Shown: positions 20,129-29,995 of the stretch, piece by piece | Layout of the letters: the number at the start of each line of letters is the position of its first letter | Position numbering within the stretch: the stretch's first letter is position 1 | DNA from: a virus | Taxonomy: Duplodnaviria > Heunggongvirae > Uroviricota > Caudoviricetes > Demerecviridae | DNA length: 64,000 nucleotides | Strand: one strand, 5' to 3' | Virus record (IMG/VR): IMGVR_UViG_2974604416_000001 | Location: 1 to 64,000 of that record | Translations under genes and position numbers: made by a program | The notes under the pieces: generated by a model | What the model saw: only the letters and a program-made list of their open reading frames with translations | Told to the model about the DNA's origin: nothing | Database searches by the model: none

Positions 20129-20977
20129 TTATACAGCCATTTTAGCTGTTAAACTCCCTTGTGGGAAATAGTCAATCATTTCAAAATCCTCTAAGCCAAT
20201 CATATGGAAGGCATCCACACCAAACATTTTGAATAGCTCTTTAGCTTTTTTGCTCAGTACCAATTCTGGTCTGTTTTCAGCAGGGGTTCTTGTTAGCTGA
20301 GTCTTAACTTGTTCTACCTGATTTGAGTAGACATGCGAGTTTACTGAGATATGGGAGTAGATGCCGGGAGTCAGCCCCAGAATCTCGGAAAAGCATAACA
20401 GTAATGCCCCATAAAACACGTAATTAAAGGGTGCCCCTAAGAAGAGGTCATTAGAGCGCATAACCACGGTGAGGTTGAGCAGCTTTTCTACACCTATGTC
20501 TTTTACATTAAAGACAGAAGTATAGTGGCATGGCGGTAGTGCCATTTGGTCTAGCTCTGCTGGGTTCCACATGCTGATCACAGCCCTACGAGAATACGGG
20601 TCTGCTTTTAGCAGCTCTTCTACGTATTTTAGCTGGTTAACTCCATTGAAGTCAACTAACTGCTTTCCGTATACAGGCCCCAGTTCACCATCTGTGTAGC
20701 CTAACGCTACAGCTTGGGCGTCATAGTTAGGAGTCCAGAAGTTGGGTTTGTCAGGGTCTCCATACAAAATCTGGGAAAGCTCCCTGACATTAGTACTCCC
20801 ACGACACATCCAGATAAGCTCAGCTATTGCCCCTTTCCAAAATACCTTCTTGGTAGTAAGACAAGAAAAGCCCCACCACATATCCCAGTCAATCTGGTAT
20901 GGTACTACTCTCTGTATGGAGCCCACACCAGTCCTATCCTCTACATGCTCACCGTATCTGAGCACTTCTTCAAGCAT
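20129..20977 (-). CDS. thyA: thymidylate synthase
   Basis: motifs DRTGVGS, WNP..LDQMALPPCH and RSNDLFLG; 282 aa; TAA stop; no TAG. Confidence 0.8.
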   Translation of the reverse strand: MLEEVLRYGEHVEDRTGVGSIQRVVPYQIDWDMWWGFSCLTTKKVFWKGAIAELIWMCRGSTNVRELSQILYGDPDKPNFWTPNYDAQAVALGYTDGELGPVYGKQLVDFNGVNQLKYVEELLKADPYSRRAVISMWNPAELDQMALPPCHYTSVFNVKDIGVEKLLNLTVVMRSNDLFLGAPFNYVFYGALLLCFSEILGLTPGIYSHISVNSHVYSNQVEQVKTQLTRTPAENRPELVLSKKAKELFKMFGVDAFHMIGLEDFEMIDYFPQGSLTAKMAV

Positions 20978-20993
20978 GGTCAGATAACCTTCT

Positions 20994-21236
20994 TCACCAT
21001 AAAGCTACATCAATAAAATTCTCCACTTTGAAACTTCGCCAAGCTAAAGCCTCTAAATCAAAATACCGGATAACGTCCTCAGCCTCTTCATACCCACCGC
21101 CCTTAGGCTGCCAATACTCTGAAATTACTGAGGGGTCTAGAGTGGCGTAGGCTTCTCGAACTGTGCCATCTTTTTTGTAGAAGAAGAATCTAAACTCCCC
21201 AGTTTTAGGGAGCTTCTCAAGAATTTCCTGCTTCAT
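20994..21236 (-). CDS. hypothetical protein
   Basis: 80-aa ORF. Confidence 0.35.
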   Translation of the reverse strand: MKQEILEKLPKTGEFRFFFYKKDGTVREAYATLDPSVISEYWQPKGGGYEEAEDVIRYFDLEALAWRSFKVENFIDVALW

Positions 21237-21588
21237 TATTAATAAACCTCACGAAGTCTCTTAGCCCTTGAATTGTGAAGAGCTTAAGGAGGGTTGGGTC
21301 AGTAAAGGAGCTACTGTCGGCAATAGCGTCCATGTAGGGCTGCTTTTTATTGACAATAGGCATAGACCCTGGAGCTGCTGTAACTACAAATTTTTCAGAC
21401 TTGAGCCACTCTACCACTTCCAGCAGGTTAGCCAGGTTAGTAGTGTTAGCAAAAGTTTTGGGGCCGATAAATGGGAGTACTTTCTTGATTTCGTCTACTA
21501 CTGCTGCTTTAGTAGGTTTGTTCTTGAAAGTACCCAACTTGAAATCAGATACAGAAAGACCTTGCTGCATGTAGAATCTGTCGCCCAT
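21217..21588 (-). CDS. hypothetical protein
   Basis: 123-aa ORF. Confidence 0.35.
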   Translation of the reverse strand: MGDRFYMQQGLSVSDFKLGTFKNKPTKAAVVDEIKKVLPFIGPKTFANTTNLANLLEVVEWLKSEKFVVTAAPGSMPIVNKKQPYMDAIADSSSFTDPTLLKLFTIQGLRDFVRFINNEAGNS

Positions 21589-21762
21589 TTTACTCTCCTG
21601 CTTCGATAATCTTTTTCAGCTTCTCTTTACGCTCACGGATAAGTTTCAGCTCACGTAGCAACTCCAGCTCTTCATCACCGATTACATCCAGAACTTTTTT
21701 CGCTTTGTCCACGCTACCGGTGAAGTTACCATTAATATCCCAAAGGCTCATACTGCGTCTCC

Positions 21763-22038
21763 TTAGTGCTTAGTTTCAGTTGCGGATTCCATCGTTGCAA
21801 TGCCAACTTCGATATAGCTGTCAACTGCACGTACCAACCATTCCATCGTGTCTGCCAGGGCATAGGTATGGCATGACCGGTTGATATCTGGTTCCTTGGT
21901 ATCGTAACCAGCTTCTTCCATCTGGTTTTTGCGCTCATTTTTGGCGCTCATGTACACTTCGTCAATAGACGATCTTAGCGCAATAAGGAGGTCAACTTCA
22001 GCCTTATCACGAATCAACTTGAAAGTAATTTCGTCCAT
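21763..22038 (-). CDS. hypothetical protein
   Basis: 91-aa ORF. Confidence 0.35.
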   Translation of the reverse strand: MDEITFKLIRDKAEVDLLIALRSSIDEVYMSAKNERKNQMEEAGYDTKEPDINRSCHTYALADTMEWLVRAVDSYIEVGIATMESATETKH

Positions 22039-22382
22039 ACTCTACCTTATCTGGTCGCATTTTTGATACCCAGTCAAACAGTGTTGCTCGACTTAGGCGC
22101 TTACCCATAGCAGCAGCAGTTAGAATGTAAGAACGTACTGGAGTACCGAACTCGTACATTTCTAAAAACTCTTCCTTGGTAAGAGCTTCTGCTTCTTCTG
22201 TGAGGCTTGGCTGGGGCCAAGAACTATACCCAGCTTCTTGAACCTACTCTTGAAACATTGTTTTTGACTTAGCAGGCCATATCAAATGAAGTGCATTCAT
22301 GCTGATGCTGCCATCGTTATTTTTAAAGAACTGGTCTTGGGCCCAGAACTCCAAACTATTAGGGTTTCTGCTAAGTTTCATA

Positions 22383-22664
22383 TCAATTACCTTTCATACG
22401 ACGCAGAGCATTAGTAGCTCGCTTCAATTTGCGGTTAAGAACGGCAATCTCGGCTTCTTGCTCGATAATCCGAGTACGCTGCTCCGCCTCTTTGGTGGCA
22501 AGCTCATTAGTACGCATACCGTTCTGGATATTGCCGTAGTACAGACGCTCAAGGAATGCCACGGAGCATTTACCAAATTCAGAAGTACCCGCCTTGAACG
22601 AATACATAATTTCCAGAGCCCATACCAGTTCGTCTTTGTTAAATACTTTAGTGGTATCAGTCAT
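22383..22664 (-). CDS. hypothetical protein
   Basis: 93-aa ORF. Confidence 0.35.
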   Translation of the reverse strand: MTDTTKVFNKDELVWALEIMYSFKAGTSEFGKCSVAFLERLYYGNIQNGMRTNELATKEAEQRTRIIEQEAEIAVLNRKLKRATNALRRMKGN

Positions 22665-22835
22665 TAGTTTGCTCCTTTTTAAATACTACGAGGTTTTTAT
22701 GCTTTTCTTTAAGAGTTTTCAAATGTGCTTCCGTTACTCCGGTAAGCACACGTAGTGGGTTAAGCGGTTTGCTTGGTGGAATCATAACTACGTAGTTAGA
22801 CTCCAGTGCTTGTTTTCTATTACAGAATACATCCA

Positions 22836-23222
22836 TTAATCTTCTCCGCTCTCTTCTTCACAATCTGTACAGGTCTGCTCTGCGCTATTATTACTGCGCT
22901 CTTCGCCCCAGCACCACCAGCCACAGGTTTCGCACTGGAAGTACTCTAAACGGATAGTTTCGTCAACAACTGCCTGCTCAAATCGCTCGTAGAGTGCTTC
23001 CATACGATTGTCAAATTTCGGTTGGTTAACACTACCCTCACAAAGATACTTAGAGCATAGTTCTGTTAGCTGTTCTTGGAACACACCACGAAGCTCAAAC
23101 AAAGCATTGCAAGAACCGATTAAGTATTCAGCCCCTTCGCTTACCAGCTTTTTAAACTCAGTCTCGTAGGCTGTAAGTTCTTTGCTTTGGCACATATCAA
23201 GTTCTCCTCTCAATTTATGCAA
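22836..23222 (-). CDS. zinc-binding protein
   Basis: C-terminal cysteine cluster CETCGWWCWG...CTDC; promoter cassette at 23206-23240. Confidence 0.4.
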   Translation of the reverse strand: MHKLRGELDMCQSKELTAYETEFKKLVSEGAEYLIGSCNALFELRGVFQEQLTELCSKYLCEGSVNQPKFDNRMEALYERFEQAVVDETIRLEYFQCETCGWWCWGEERSNNSAEQTCTDCEEESGED

Positions 23223-23269
23223 TAATTATATCAAAAATTTGAGTAGTCGGCTAGTAATATTTTGGAATG

Positions 23270-23298
23270 AAAAAAGCCTTACCCGCTAAGGTAAGGCC
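23270..23298 (-). terminator. rho-independent terminator
   Basis: gccttacc-cgctaa-ggtaaggc hairpin preceded on the plus strand by gaaaaaa. Confidence 0.5.
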
Positions 23299-23303
23299 TA
23301 AAC

Positions 23304-23510
23304 TTATGCTTTCTTGATGAACTGAACAATCTCTGCTGGAGTACGCAAGACGGTACCGTCTTCCTTGATAAGAGCAGGAGCACTGCGAATGCCGTACTGT
23401 CTAGCAACCTCAATATCAGTTTCAATATTGAAATCAATATTCTTACTGACTAGCTCATTATGAAGTGCTACACAGGCTTTGCAATTTTCAGTCTTAAACA
23501 ATGTGATCAT
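23304..23510 (-). CDS. nrdH: glutaredoxin-like protein (NrdH-like)
   Basis: 68 aa with an N-terminal CKAC redox motif; lies in the RNR neighbourhood. Confidence 0.5.
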   Translation of the reverse strand: MITLFKTENCKACVALHNELVSKNIDFNIETDIEVARQYGIRSAPALIKEDGTVLRTPAEIVQFIKKA

Positions 23511-24309
23511 TTCTACCTCTCAAGTGACCTTCTGGACTACTAAATACGTGAATTAAAGTACTAAACTAACTCTGAACCCTTTAACTGCTGGGCTATTTTT
23601 GGTGCCTGTTGCCACAAAACAAGAATTACCCCAGAATAAACCCCACTTAGGTCATATAGTGGTGCCTAGTAAAAGTAGGCCTAACCAGCAGCTTCAAAGT
23701 ACTGGGTAGGTACTGGTAGGGGCTGCTAACTTAGATCATCAACTACTGAGAAGGCACCCTATAGGGACTTATCCTGCAAGTGGTTTATATATGTTACAGA
23801 GCTTTTATCGACACTGTAGTTGTTTAGTTGGTCTATTTTTACTGGCAACACCCCTTCTGAGGCTCTAATAGCTATAAAGTTATTAAGGAATTGTGGCTCA
23901 TATTCCCAAATTATAACCTGGTTCTAGTTTAGCTAGGTTAGCACACTAATGGCCTCCTAGCGCTACTAGGCAGGGAACTATCTCTCCCTTAGCTGCTCCT
24001 GCTTCTACATAACGGTTTCCGTACTTAGATTTTTAAATCCTTCCAGAATCTCCGTCTGGTAGGCTACTACCCAGTAACTAAGTACACCAAGCAGAATAGT
24101 ACCGGCACGAAGAGCTAGAGTTTTAGGGTCTTTTATATCCTGTAAAAGAAGCTCTATCATAGCTAGGATAGAGCTTTTTGGTGGCTGCTACGACACGGTA
24201 GTTTTCTCCGTAGGACGAACTCTCTCAATACTTAGTATATGATATAGCGCCACCAAAGTAAATAAGTTTTTAGGATAAAGACGAAAGCCTCGCATTGCGA
24301 GGCTCTTTA

Positions 24310-25137
24310 TTACTCCAGAGATTGTAGATAATCTAGGGGATTATCATACTCGCCAAACAGGCCATGCTTGGCCATGACGGCGTAAATGTGTTCTGCCTCT
24401 TCGTCTTCCAGGTCTACAGACAGAACCATTTCCTTGACGGTATCAATATGTACCAGCTCACAGTTTTCATATGCCCCAGCTTGCACAAACTGGATCCACA
24501 CACCATACGCTTCTTCTTTAAGAGCACCAATAACTGCACGAGCCCACATGGTGGTGAAGATACGGTTATTAATATCTTGCTCGTCTGGCAGCCAGATAGT
24601 GGCATTAGTGCTAAAGATTTGAGAAATTTCTTCCTTACTTAGGAAGGGCAGTTGATATTCCTCAAACAGTGCATAACACCAATCCAGTGAAGCCTGAACA
24701 TGCTTGATAGGCTCTTCGCCAGAACCCACGGAACCCATTGACATGTTATGTGACATGATAATGGTATTACGCACTGGTAGAATGACATCACCGCACAGCA
24801 TAGTCAGTGTGTGTGCTGAGCTAGCTCGACCATATGCTTCGGTGATTACTACAGCCTGACTGCGGGCAATAGCCGAAGATAGGTGGGATGCTGTGGTTAC
24901 GTAGCCACCATCACCATTTAGTACAATAGAGACTGTATCTTGGCTACCCGCAGCATACAGGGTATCCAGAAGGGGTACCAAAGGCTGATAATCTTCCAGA
25001 GCTGAAGGCATATACGCTCGATAGTTAGTTACACCCACACGTTGAGGGTCTTGGCTGGCTGTGATAATTACTGACGGGATAGTCTCAGGGCTTACCAGTG
25101 CATATTGCTGTTGGTCGTTGTTCAGTTTCTTCATCAC
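24310..25137 (-). CDS. ClpP/S49-like serine peptidase-like protein
   Basis: 275-aa ORF with a LNGDGGYV segment; weak assignment. Confidence 0.3.
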   Translation of the reverse strand: MMKKLNNDQQQYALVSPETIPSVIITASQDPQRVGVTNYRAYMPSALEDYQPLVPLLDTLYAAGSQDTVSIVLNGDGGYVTTASHLSSAIARSQAVVITEAYGRASSAHTLTMLCGDVILPVRNTIIMSHNMSMGSVGSGEEPIKHVQASLDWCYALFEEYQLPFLSKEEISQIFSTNATIWLPDEQDINNRIFTTMWARAVIGALKEEAYGVWIQFVQAGAYENCELVHIDTVKEMVLSVDLEDEEAEHIYAVMAKHGLFGEYDNPLDYLQSLE

Positions 25138-25802
25138 AGGTTATTCTCCACAAAGTTAACAATATTCTCTTTACCAAGAGACTTATCGTTTATAAAGGTA
25201 AGGTCAAAACTAACCCCATTCAGAGAGTTTTCTGAAATATGGTTATCTTTTACGGCTTCTTCTGGGTTTATGATATTCAACATGACAAAACCCATTGACT
25301 TTAGAAGTCGAAATTCGTCTGGGAATCTTGTGTCGTCTACAACAATGGTACAGCCTTCATTGTCTATAATAGACTACTGCATTAGGTCTACCCAAAATGT
25401 ATCCCTGATCCTCTGGCGAAAGAACTCTGTGCCCACTTTTTGCAGTAGCTCTCTACCCCTTATGGAGTCTACTATAAGTCCGGATTCCTGAGCCCAGGAT
25501 ACAAACTTATTTGTAGTCTAATCGACCTTAAGAGCCCCTAGCAGTTCTATCATAGCATACTCTACCTCTTGTCGAGAGATGCCCTTGGTCTTGACATAGG
25601 TGTTATCCTTGTCCCCATAAAGTGCTTCATGCACTACTTCTGGTTCGTTTACCTATGACAGGATTTCAGTTAGAAATATTTTCAGAGGCTAAGCAAAGCT
25701 GAGAATAACTGGGTCAGTCTCTGGATACTTATACAGGAACTACTTTGCTACGGCACTTTTGCCACAGCCCTTACTGCCAGATAGGCTAATTTTATTTGCC
25801 AT
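25135..25802 (-). CDS. deoxynucleoside monophosphate kinase (contains about 5 in-frame TAG)
   Basis: minus-strand frame MANKISLSGSKGCGKSAVAK-TAG-FLYKYPE...; P-loop and overall similarity to T4 gp1 dNMP kinase; boundaries approximate. Confidence 0.45.
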
Positions 25803-25829
25803 AATAATGGGCTCCAGTTCTTAAAGTTA

Positions 25830-26230
25830 CTTGCTTCATGTACTTCATCCTATGTTTCCCAAAGTAAACCTACCCGTTGGTTGGGTCGTCTACTTCGTCA
25901 TTTAACACCAAAGAAGCTATACGCAGTGACTCTTCCCACGCTGCCTTATTCTTTGGTGTTAGATTACTGTAGGAATCTCTTGTCCATGTAAACTAATGTC
26001 TTTTGTATACAACTTTGGTTAGGTCATTGGAAAATTCTGGATGGTCAACTCTATTCAATGCCACAAACGCAGTAGCAATCTTGTCTATTTTGGTTGCCCC
26101 CCTTGCTTCATAGTAAACAACGCAAGATAGAGCTTTGAGTTCGGAACGCGCATACTTACACGACCCTGCCTAGTTACCTCCAAAGCTGAGCATAAGCCCA
26201 AGCACTAAAATTAAATGTTTCATATTGGAT
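25830..26230 (-). CDS. secreted SleB-type cell-wall-hydrolase-like protein (TAG-containing)
   Basis: minus-strand frame MKHLILVLGLMLSFGGN-TAG-AGS... with an ALNRV motif; boundaries approximate. Confidence 0.25.
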
Positions 26231-26539
26231 TACCTCCGGTAAAGGTCTACCCTTACTGGAGGCTCATCATCAATATCCCATGCTAGTTTGTTATTTTTAC
26301 GTGAGTATTTGGTTCTATCAGAAAACACAGCACATCGGTTATACTTATGAGCATGTTTCGCAACGAAGTTTTTCATTTTCTATCTCCTTTTTTACTTCTT
26401 GTTTAAATCGTGCTTTTGACGGGGGTATAATACCCTCCCACCAACCTCTAAGGTGTTTACCCTTTTCTTTTGGCTTCCACTTACAATCACCTAGGTAGTA
26501 CTTTCTTCCCAATGGTTTCATCGTACACTCCTTAAAGAA

Positions 26540-26568
26540 AAGGCGGGACTATGCCCGCCTAATTCAAT
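26540..26568 (-). terminator. rho-independent terminator
   Basis: aggcggg-actat-cccgcct hairpin with A-run/T-run. Confidence 0.5.
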
Positions 26569-27038
26569 TACTTCTGGCCGCGAGGTTTACGCTGTTTGCG
26601 GGACTGGGCCAGGTACTCAGCCCATGCTTCCACTGCCAGTGGGTTCAGTGCCAGACCTGGGCGACCATTCTTACCTACAGTTTCTACCAGAATCGGCTCG
26701 CGGGAGCCAAAGGTCAGAACGGTGCCTTCCTTAAACTTGGCACTTACAAAACCGGAACCGTTCTTGGTGATCGGCTTACCGGTCTTGCGGTCCTTCTTAC
26801 CGGTAGCACGCGGCAGGCATTCTACAATGCGAACCACTGCTTTAGGGAAGGAGCCCTTGTTTTTAGGGGTTTTACGCGCAGGCTTTTCTTTGCCCACAGC
26901 TGCCTCAGCCACCGCATCATTCGGATGCTTTTTCAGGTGACGAGCCAGACGTGCTTCCCGATTCTTGATGGTTTTTTCACGCTTCGGGTCAGCTTTAGTT
27001 ACGGTTTGTGCTACTTGGGCAGGTTTCTTCTTAGCCAT
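26568..27038 (-). CDS. lysine/alanine-rich basic protein in a GC-rich island
   Basis: 156-aa ORF; local GC content is clearly higher than in the flanking DNA. Confidence 0.45.
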   Translation of the reverse strand: MAKKKPAQVAQTVTKADPKREKTIKNREARLARHLKKHPNDAVAEAAVGKEKPARKTPKNKGSFPKAVVRIVECLPRATGKKDRKTGKPITKNGSGFVSAKFKEGTVLTFGSREPILVETVGKNGRPGLALNPLAVEAWAEYLAQSRKQRKPRGQK

Positions 27039-27102
27039 TACATTTTTCCTCTTTTTTAGTTTATTTGATAATTATACAGAAAGTTAAGGTGAAGATCAAC
27101 GA

Positions 27103-27576
27103 TTATTTCATTTCATTCAAGGACTTATTGCAAAGTTCATCTGCTCGCTCATTGCCAACATTACCCGAGTGCCCTGCTACTTTAGCCAGTTGAAGATTGC
27201 CAACTTCTTGTCCGACTGAGTGCCACAGTGCCCAGATATTCTTGATAATCTCAAGATTCTTGATGGGGCCAGGGGTTTTCTTCTGCCAGCCACGAGACTG
27301 CCATCCATCCATCCATTGAGTTACCACGCTGACACAGAAGGCAGAGTCAGTAAAGATAGTGACGCCACCATTCATACGATAACGCTGGGCGTTTTTCTGT
27401 ACGTGGGCTAAGGCTTCTTTAATAGCTTGAAGCTCCATAGCGTTGTTGGTGTCATTACCGTGGGCTTTAGTCTTAAAGCCCAGTTCTACGCCATCCTGAT
27501 ATACCACAAAAGCCCAAGAAGCGGGGCCAGGATTACCACGACTAGCTCCATCGGTGTAAATCTCGTACATCATCAT
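27103..27576 (-). CDS. rnhA: ribonuclease H
   Basis: motifs TDGASRGNPG and AGHSGNVGNERAD. Confidence 0.75.
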   Translation of the reverse strand: MMMYEIYTDGASRGNPGPASWAFVVYQDGVELGFKTKAHGNDTNNAMELQAIKEALAHVQKNAQRYRMNGGVTIFTDSAFCVSVVTQWMDGWQSRGWQKKTPGPIKNLEIIKNIWALWHSVGQEVGNLQLAKVAGHSGNVGNERADELCNKSLNEMK

Positions 27577-27845
27577 TCCTCACATTCGCAACATACTTGA
27601 TAGGTTTCATCCCAACTGGCCATAATAACACCACAGCAGGCACAAGGGGTCACATCCCCCTGAAGACGCTTGATAAGCTCTACCAGAGATTCATCAGTAT
27701 CGTCTGACACAAGGTGGCCGTACCCATCAAATACTTCACCTTTGTAGAATACAGAACCGGTACAACCCTTCTCCCAGTAAACAATACAGTTAGCAAGACT
27801 TTTTGGCAGAGTATCTACATCGCGGTTAAAAATATGAAGTTCCAT
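27573..27845 (-). CDS. zinc-binding small protein
   Basis: cysteine cluster CACCG...CCECEE; promoter cassette at 27851-27890. Confidence 0.4.
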   Translation of the reverse strand: MELHIFNRDVDTLPKSLANCIVYWEKGCTGSVFYKGEVFDGYGHLVSDDTDESLVELIKRLQGDVTPCACCGVIMASWDETYQVCCECEE

Positions 27846-27912
27846 AATTTCTTCCCTCTCTCAATTTATATAAATATTATAGCAAATAATCGGGTTATTA
27901 GCTAGTTTTATT

Positions 27913-28428
27913 TTAATCTTTGCTAAGTACATAAGCCTGACGGAGGTATGGAACTCCTTTAACCACTTCGTAGCCTCCAATATTAAAATAGAAGCAGGTG
28001 GATTTTTGCTCAAAATCTGACAGCTTAGCTACTGTTTCATCCCGCAAATAGATAAAACTATCTTTATGCTCTACATTACCAATCTCAGAAATCATAATAT
28101 GATCTGCGGCTGGAATACAGGAGTCAATCAACTTACGGCCACCTAAAACCACCACTTCGGTAAGATCCATATCTGCTGCTTCCAGCATTTCAGCTAGGCG
28201 ATTATAATCCTCTACGACAACCAAAGGTTTAAGGCGTTTACGTGCAGCTTCCGGCAAGGTTACATAGGTAGAACGTGAACATGCAAAGATACGACCACTG
28301 GCAACTTCGGTCATATCCATGAAGTGCTTCATATCTTCCTTAATATGTCCCCAAGGCAACTTACCAGAAGTATCTCCAAAAAGCAGTTTATTACCAATCT
28401 TTGCAGTAGCCATAATAATTGTCAGCAT
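27913..28428 (-). CDS. frd: dihydrofolate reductase
   Basis: DHFR-like N-terminus (MLTIIMATAKIGN...TSGKLPW) and GGRKL segment; GAGGAG RBS; promoter cassette at 28441-28475. Confidence 0.65.
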   Translation of the reverse strand: MLTIIMATAKIGNKLLFGDTSGKLPWGHIKEDMKHFMDMTEVASGRIFACSRSTYVTLPEAARKRLKPLVVVEDYNRLAEMLEAADMDLTEVVVLGGRKLIDSCIPAADHIMISEIGNVEHKDSFIYLRDETVAKLSDFEQKSTCFYFNIGGYEVVKGVPYLRQAYVLSKD

Positions 28429-28481
28429 AAGAAATCTCCTCAATTTATGTAAATATTATAGCAAATTACTGGCTCTTGGGC

Positions 28482-28512
28482 AAGAAAAACCGCCCAACAA
28501 AGTGGGCGGTTA
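28482..28512 (-). terminator. rho-independent terminator
   Basis: accgccca-acaaag-tgggcggt hairpin with the A-run on the plus strand. Confidence 0.5.
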
Positions 28513-28516
28513 AGGG

Positions 28517-29638
28517 TTAAAGCCATTTATTTACGGCGTCTGCCAGTTCTTCTTCGGAGTCCATTCCAGCGGAAGCTACCCTATAAGTAAGAATCTGAGT
28601 TTCTTGCGGGGCAACTTGCAACTTACTAAGGTCTATGAACTTCTCTACCCAAGGAATTGGGTTAGACTTAGGTGTGTTAGCCAGAGCTTCTAGTTGAATT
28701 CCCAGAGGGGCTAAGGCGTTTTTGGTGACGTAAGAGCTATAGCGTTTTAGTATGTCTGCGCTTAAACCAACCAATGTAGTACCTTCTGGTAGTACATAGT
28801 CAGCCCAGTCATTTTCTATTTCCTTAATCTGAGTAAACAACTCAATTACGTACCCAGAATTTACTACTTCAGCGTATTCATCAGGCCACTCTTCTTTCAG
28901 AATTGCTAGAATTGCTAAATCTGCTTGTGCGTGTAAGAACTCATCTTTGATAATGAGAGTAAGTATATTAGCAATACCAGGGAGAATATCTTGGTTTGCC
29001 AAACCAAAGTTACATGCAAAAGAGGTGTAGAATAGAACCTACTCAAGAGCGTATAGCGCGAAATATGCTTTTACAAGCAAGATTCGCAGATAGTACTCTA
29101 CCTCTTTTAGTTTCGGGAGGCTGTATGTTTCTTTGTTTTGCAGGTAGCTCAGTCCAAGACCGTACAATTCATCAAACACAGAGGAAACCTAGCTAACCCT
29201 ACGAGCCACAAAAGGATTATTGCGAATCTCGTTCTTGATAGCCTAATCAGCATCTGGCATTACTGACTTTATAATGTGAGTGTACGAGCGAGAGTGTAAA
29301 CTCTCAAAGTACCCAATCTGGATTAGCAAACCCTCCAGTTCTTCATTGGAGCACAGGGCCAGCAATACCATCCCAGGGATTCGTCCAGCAAGAGAATCCC
29401 CCAACACTTGGAACGCCAGATTTTTGATACACAGCTGCCTATTCTACTCGGAAAGTGTGGGCCACTGGGCAATATCCTTGTGAAGTGGTATTTCAGTTTC
29501 TAGCCAAAACTGGGAACGCTGCTTTAGGGCAAAGTCCTCAAGACTTTTATACTTTACTGTGGTATAGTCTTGGAGTCCCAGCTGCTCCCCAAGGAATAGA
29601 AAATCTTTTCCGTCTTTTTCTAGGTTTAGTAGATTCAT
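28517..29638 (-). CDS. nrdB: ribonucleotide reductase small subunit (contains in-frame TAG codons)
   Basis: N-terminal NrdB-like segment (ORF 29444-29638) and C-terminal segment (28517-29002) in one gene interrupted only by TAG; GGAGAAC RBS. Confidence 0.55.
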
Positions 29639-29995
29639 TTAGTTCTCCAAGTAATTATCTGTAAACGCCAGAGAAGAAAGGGTACTGAACCATGTCAGCA
29701 CCCCATTTCTCAAACTGCTCTTTATGTCGTTCATCAATCTCTACGACGTACCCGTACTTCCATACACCAGTCACTTTGGCAATCCAAGAGTACCCAAATA
29801 CTACCTAGTGAACTTGTCTGCCAATCATGTCTGTCATAGAGTGCAGCCCCCACCAGAACAGGATTCTTCCTTCATTGAAGAAGAAACAGAGCCTGTATCA
29901 GTGTTGCAGTAGTACATGGTCTTCAAACCGTAATGACGCGCCATCTACCAAAGACCCAGAAGAACCTTCATAGGAATCTTCTCGTCTGGGTAGTC

